Positions 24,744 to 25,466 of a DNA stretch of 25,466 bases are shown piece by piece. Position 1 is the stretch's first letter; each line of letters starts with the position of its first letter. The DNA is from a virus (lineage: Duplodnaviria > Caudoviricetes). Made by a program: the position numbers and the translations under genes. The stretch is taken from positions 1-25,466 of IMG/VR virus record IMGVR_UViG_3300031857_019453. The stretch is one strand, 5' to 3'. The notes below the pieces were generated by a model. The model was given only the letters and a program-made list of their open reading frames with translations. It was not told the origin of the DNA and searched no databases.

Positions 24744-25391
24744 TTAAGCTTTTGCTAATACCTGTGGTTTCTGTTGTTTCTTTTTGGTTTTTTCATAAAA
24801 TATATGATTTCCTATTTGTGCTACCTTTTTATAAGGCCACATAGGGTTCACCCATAAATTATGAAAGAACAAAACAGTACTTGGAATTACATCCTTATAT
24901 GCATCATGTGCTAATACATTGTATGCAATTCTTTCGCTTTGTTTGTATCTTGGGTCATTGATGTTTAATGGTTTACGATCACTTTCACAAACCCAACTAA
25001 ATTGACAAAGTTTGACCTTTTTCATAATGGGGTCGTTATCTAAATAATCTTCCGTATCAATGGGAATTAATTTAGTACTTACTTGATAAATTACTGAGCA
25101 TGGGTTAGGAGCGAATCCATGTTGAACACGATTCATTACTACCCTTGCTACTGCTTGTTTACCTTTTTCAGGTTCGCTGCCAGCTTCATAAAATATATTT
25201 GTAGCCAAACATTTTAATTGTTTATGATCGACTGGTTTTGGTTGTGGTTTTACTTCGGCAATAACTTGTTCTTCTTCTTCCTCAAAGAATAAATCATCGT
25301 TAGCCATAACTAAAACCGCAGAAAAAAAGATTACTAATCCTGCTATAATATTTTCAACACGTGTGTCACGTAGAAATGTTAATAATTTCAT
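24744..25391 (-). CDS. SleB/Hydrolase_2-family cell wall hydrolase with N-terminal hydrophobic segment
   Basis: CLATNIFYEAGSEP (catalytic Glu), AVARVVMNRV, CQFSW, IGNHIFY. Confidence 0.9.
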   Translation of the reverse strand: MKLLTFLRDTRVENIIAGLVIFFSAVLVMANDDLFFEEEEEQVIAEVKPQPKPVDHKQLKCLATNIFYEAGSEPEKGKQAVARVVMNRVQHGFAPNPCSVIYQVSTKLIPIDTEDYLDNDPIMKKVKLCQFSWVCESDRKPLNINDPRYKQSERIAYNVLAHDAYKDVIPSTVLFFHNLWVNPMWPYKKVAQIGNHIFYEKTKKKQQKPQVLAKA

Positions 25392-25411
25392 AATTTTCCT
25401 TTCCGAACGAT

Positions 25412-25440
25412 AGTATACACTATGTTCTATTAAAAGACAA
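25412..25440 (-). promoter_or_regulatory. sigma70-type promoter
   Basis: TTGTCT (25440-25435), 17-nt spacer, TATACT (25417-25412), upstream of the hydrolase gene. Confidence 0.55.
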
Positions 25441-25466
25441 GAATTTTGGTTTTAACTTATTATTAA

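Noticed and set aside
1-25466. Stop-codon reassignment, CRISPR array, intron/intein or transposase
   Set aside because: Genes tile tightly under code 11 with TAA, TAG and TGA all used as stops. No repeat-spacer array, split gene or transposase motif was seen by eye.

Overview
AT-rich, densely coding window that looks like part of a large T4-like/jumbo phage genome, probably with a proteobacterial host. This is inferred from CCA-encoding tRNAs, TAAATA late-promoter-like motifs, ahpC/ahpD, iscU and a SleB-type hydrolase. The left end (minus strand) holds a tRNA cluster (Arg-TCT, Ala-TGC, Glu-TTC, Ile-GAT) with several sigma70 promoters, a boxA-like element, an HNH endonuclease and a structured non-coding region. 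At its head is an apparent transcription attenuator: a perfect TTGACA-N17-TATAAT promoter, a 42-codon leader peptide containing all 20 amino acids, and mutually exclusive antiterminator/terminator hairpins. I consider this the most striking candidate for an undescribed system, a general translation-stress sensor for phage tRNA expression. Next come ahpC, an SGNH hydrolase, ahpD and a Cys-less AhpC paralog. Then follows a ~19.6 kb cluster of tailoring enzymes of unknown substrate: 8 radical SAM, 6 Fe(II)/2OG oxygenase-like, 2 QueC-like, 2 atypical kinase-like, plus a methyltransferase, glycosyltransferase-like and GNAT-like proteins. The right end carries iscU, two hypotheticals and a cell-wall hydrolase. 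All calls come from motif reading by eye; no database searches were run.
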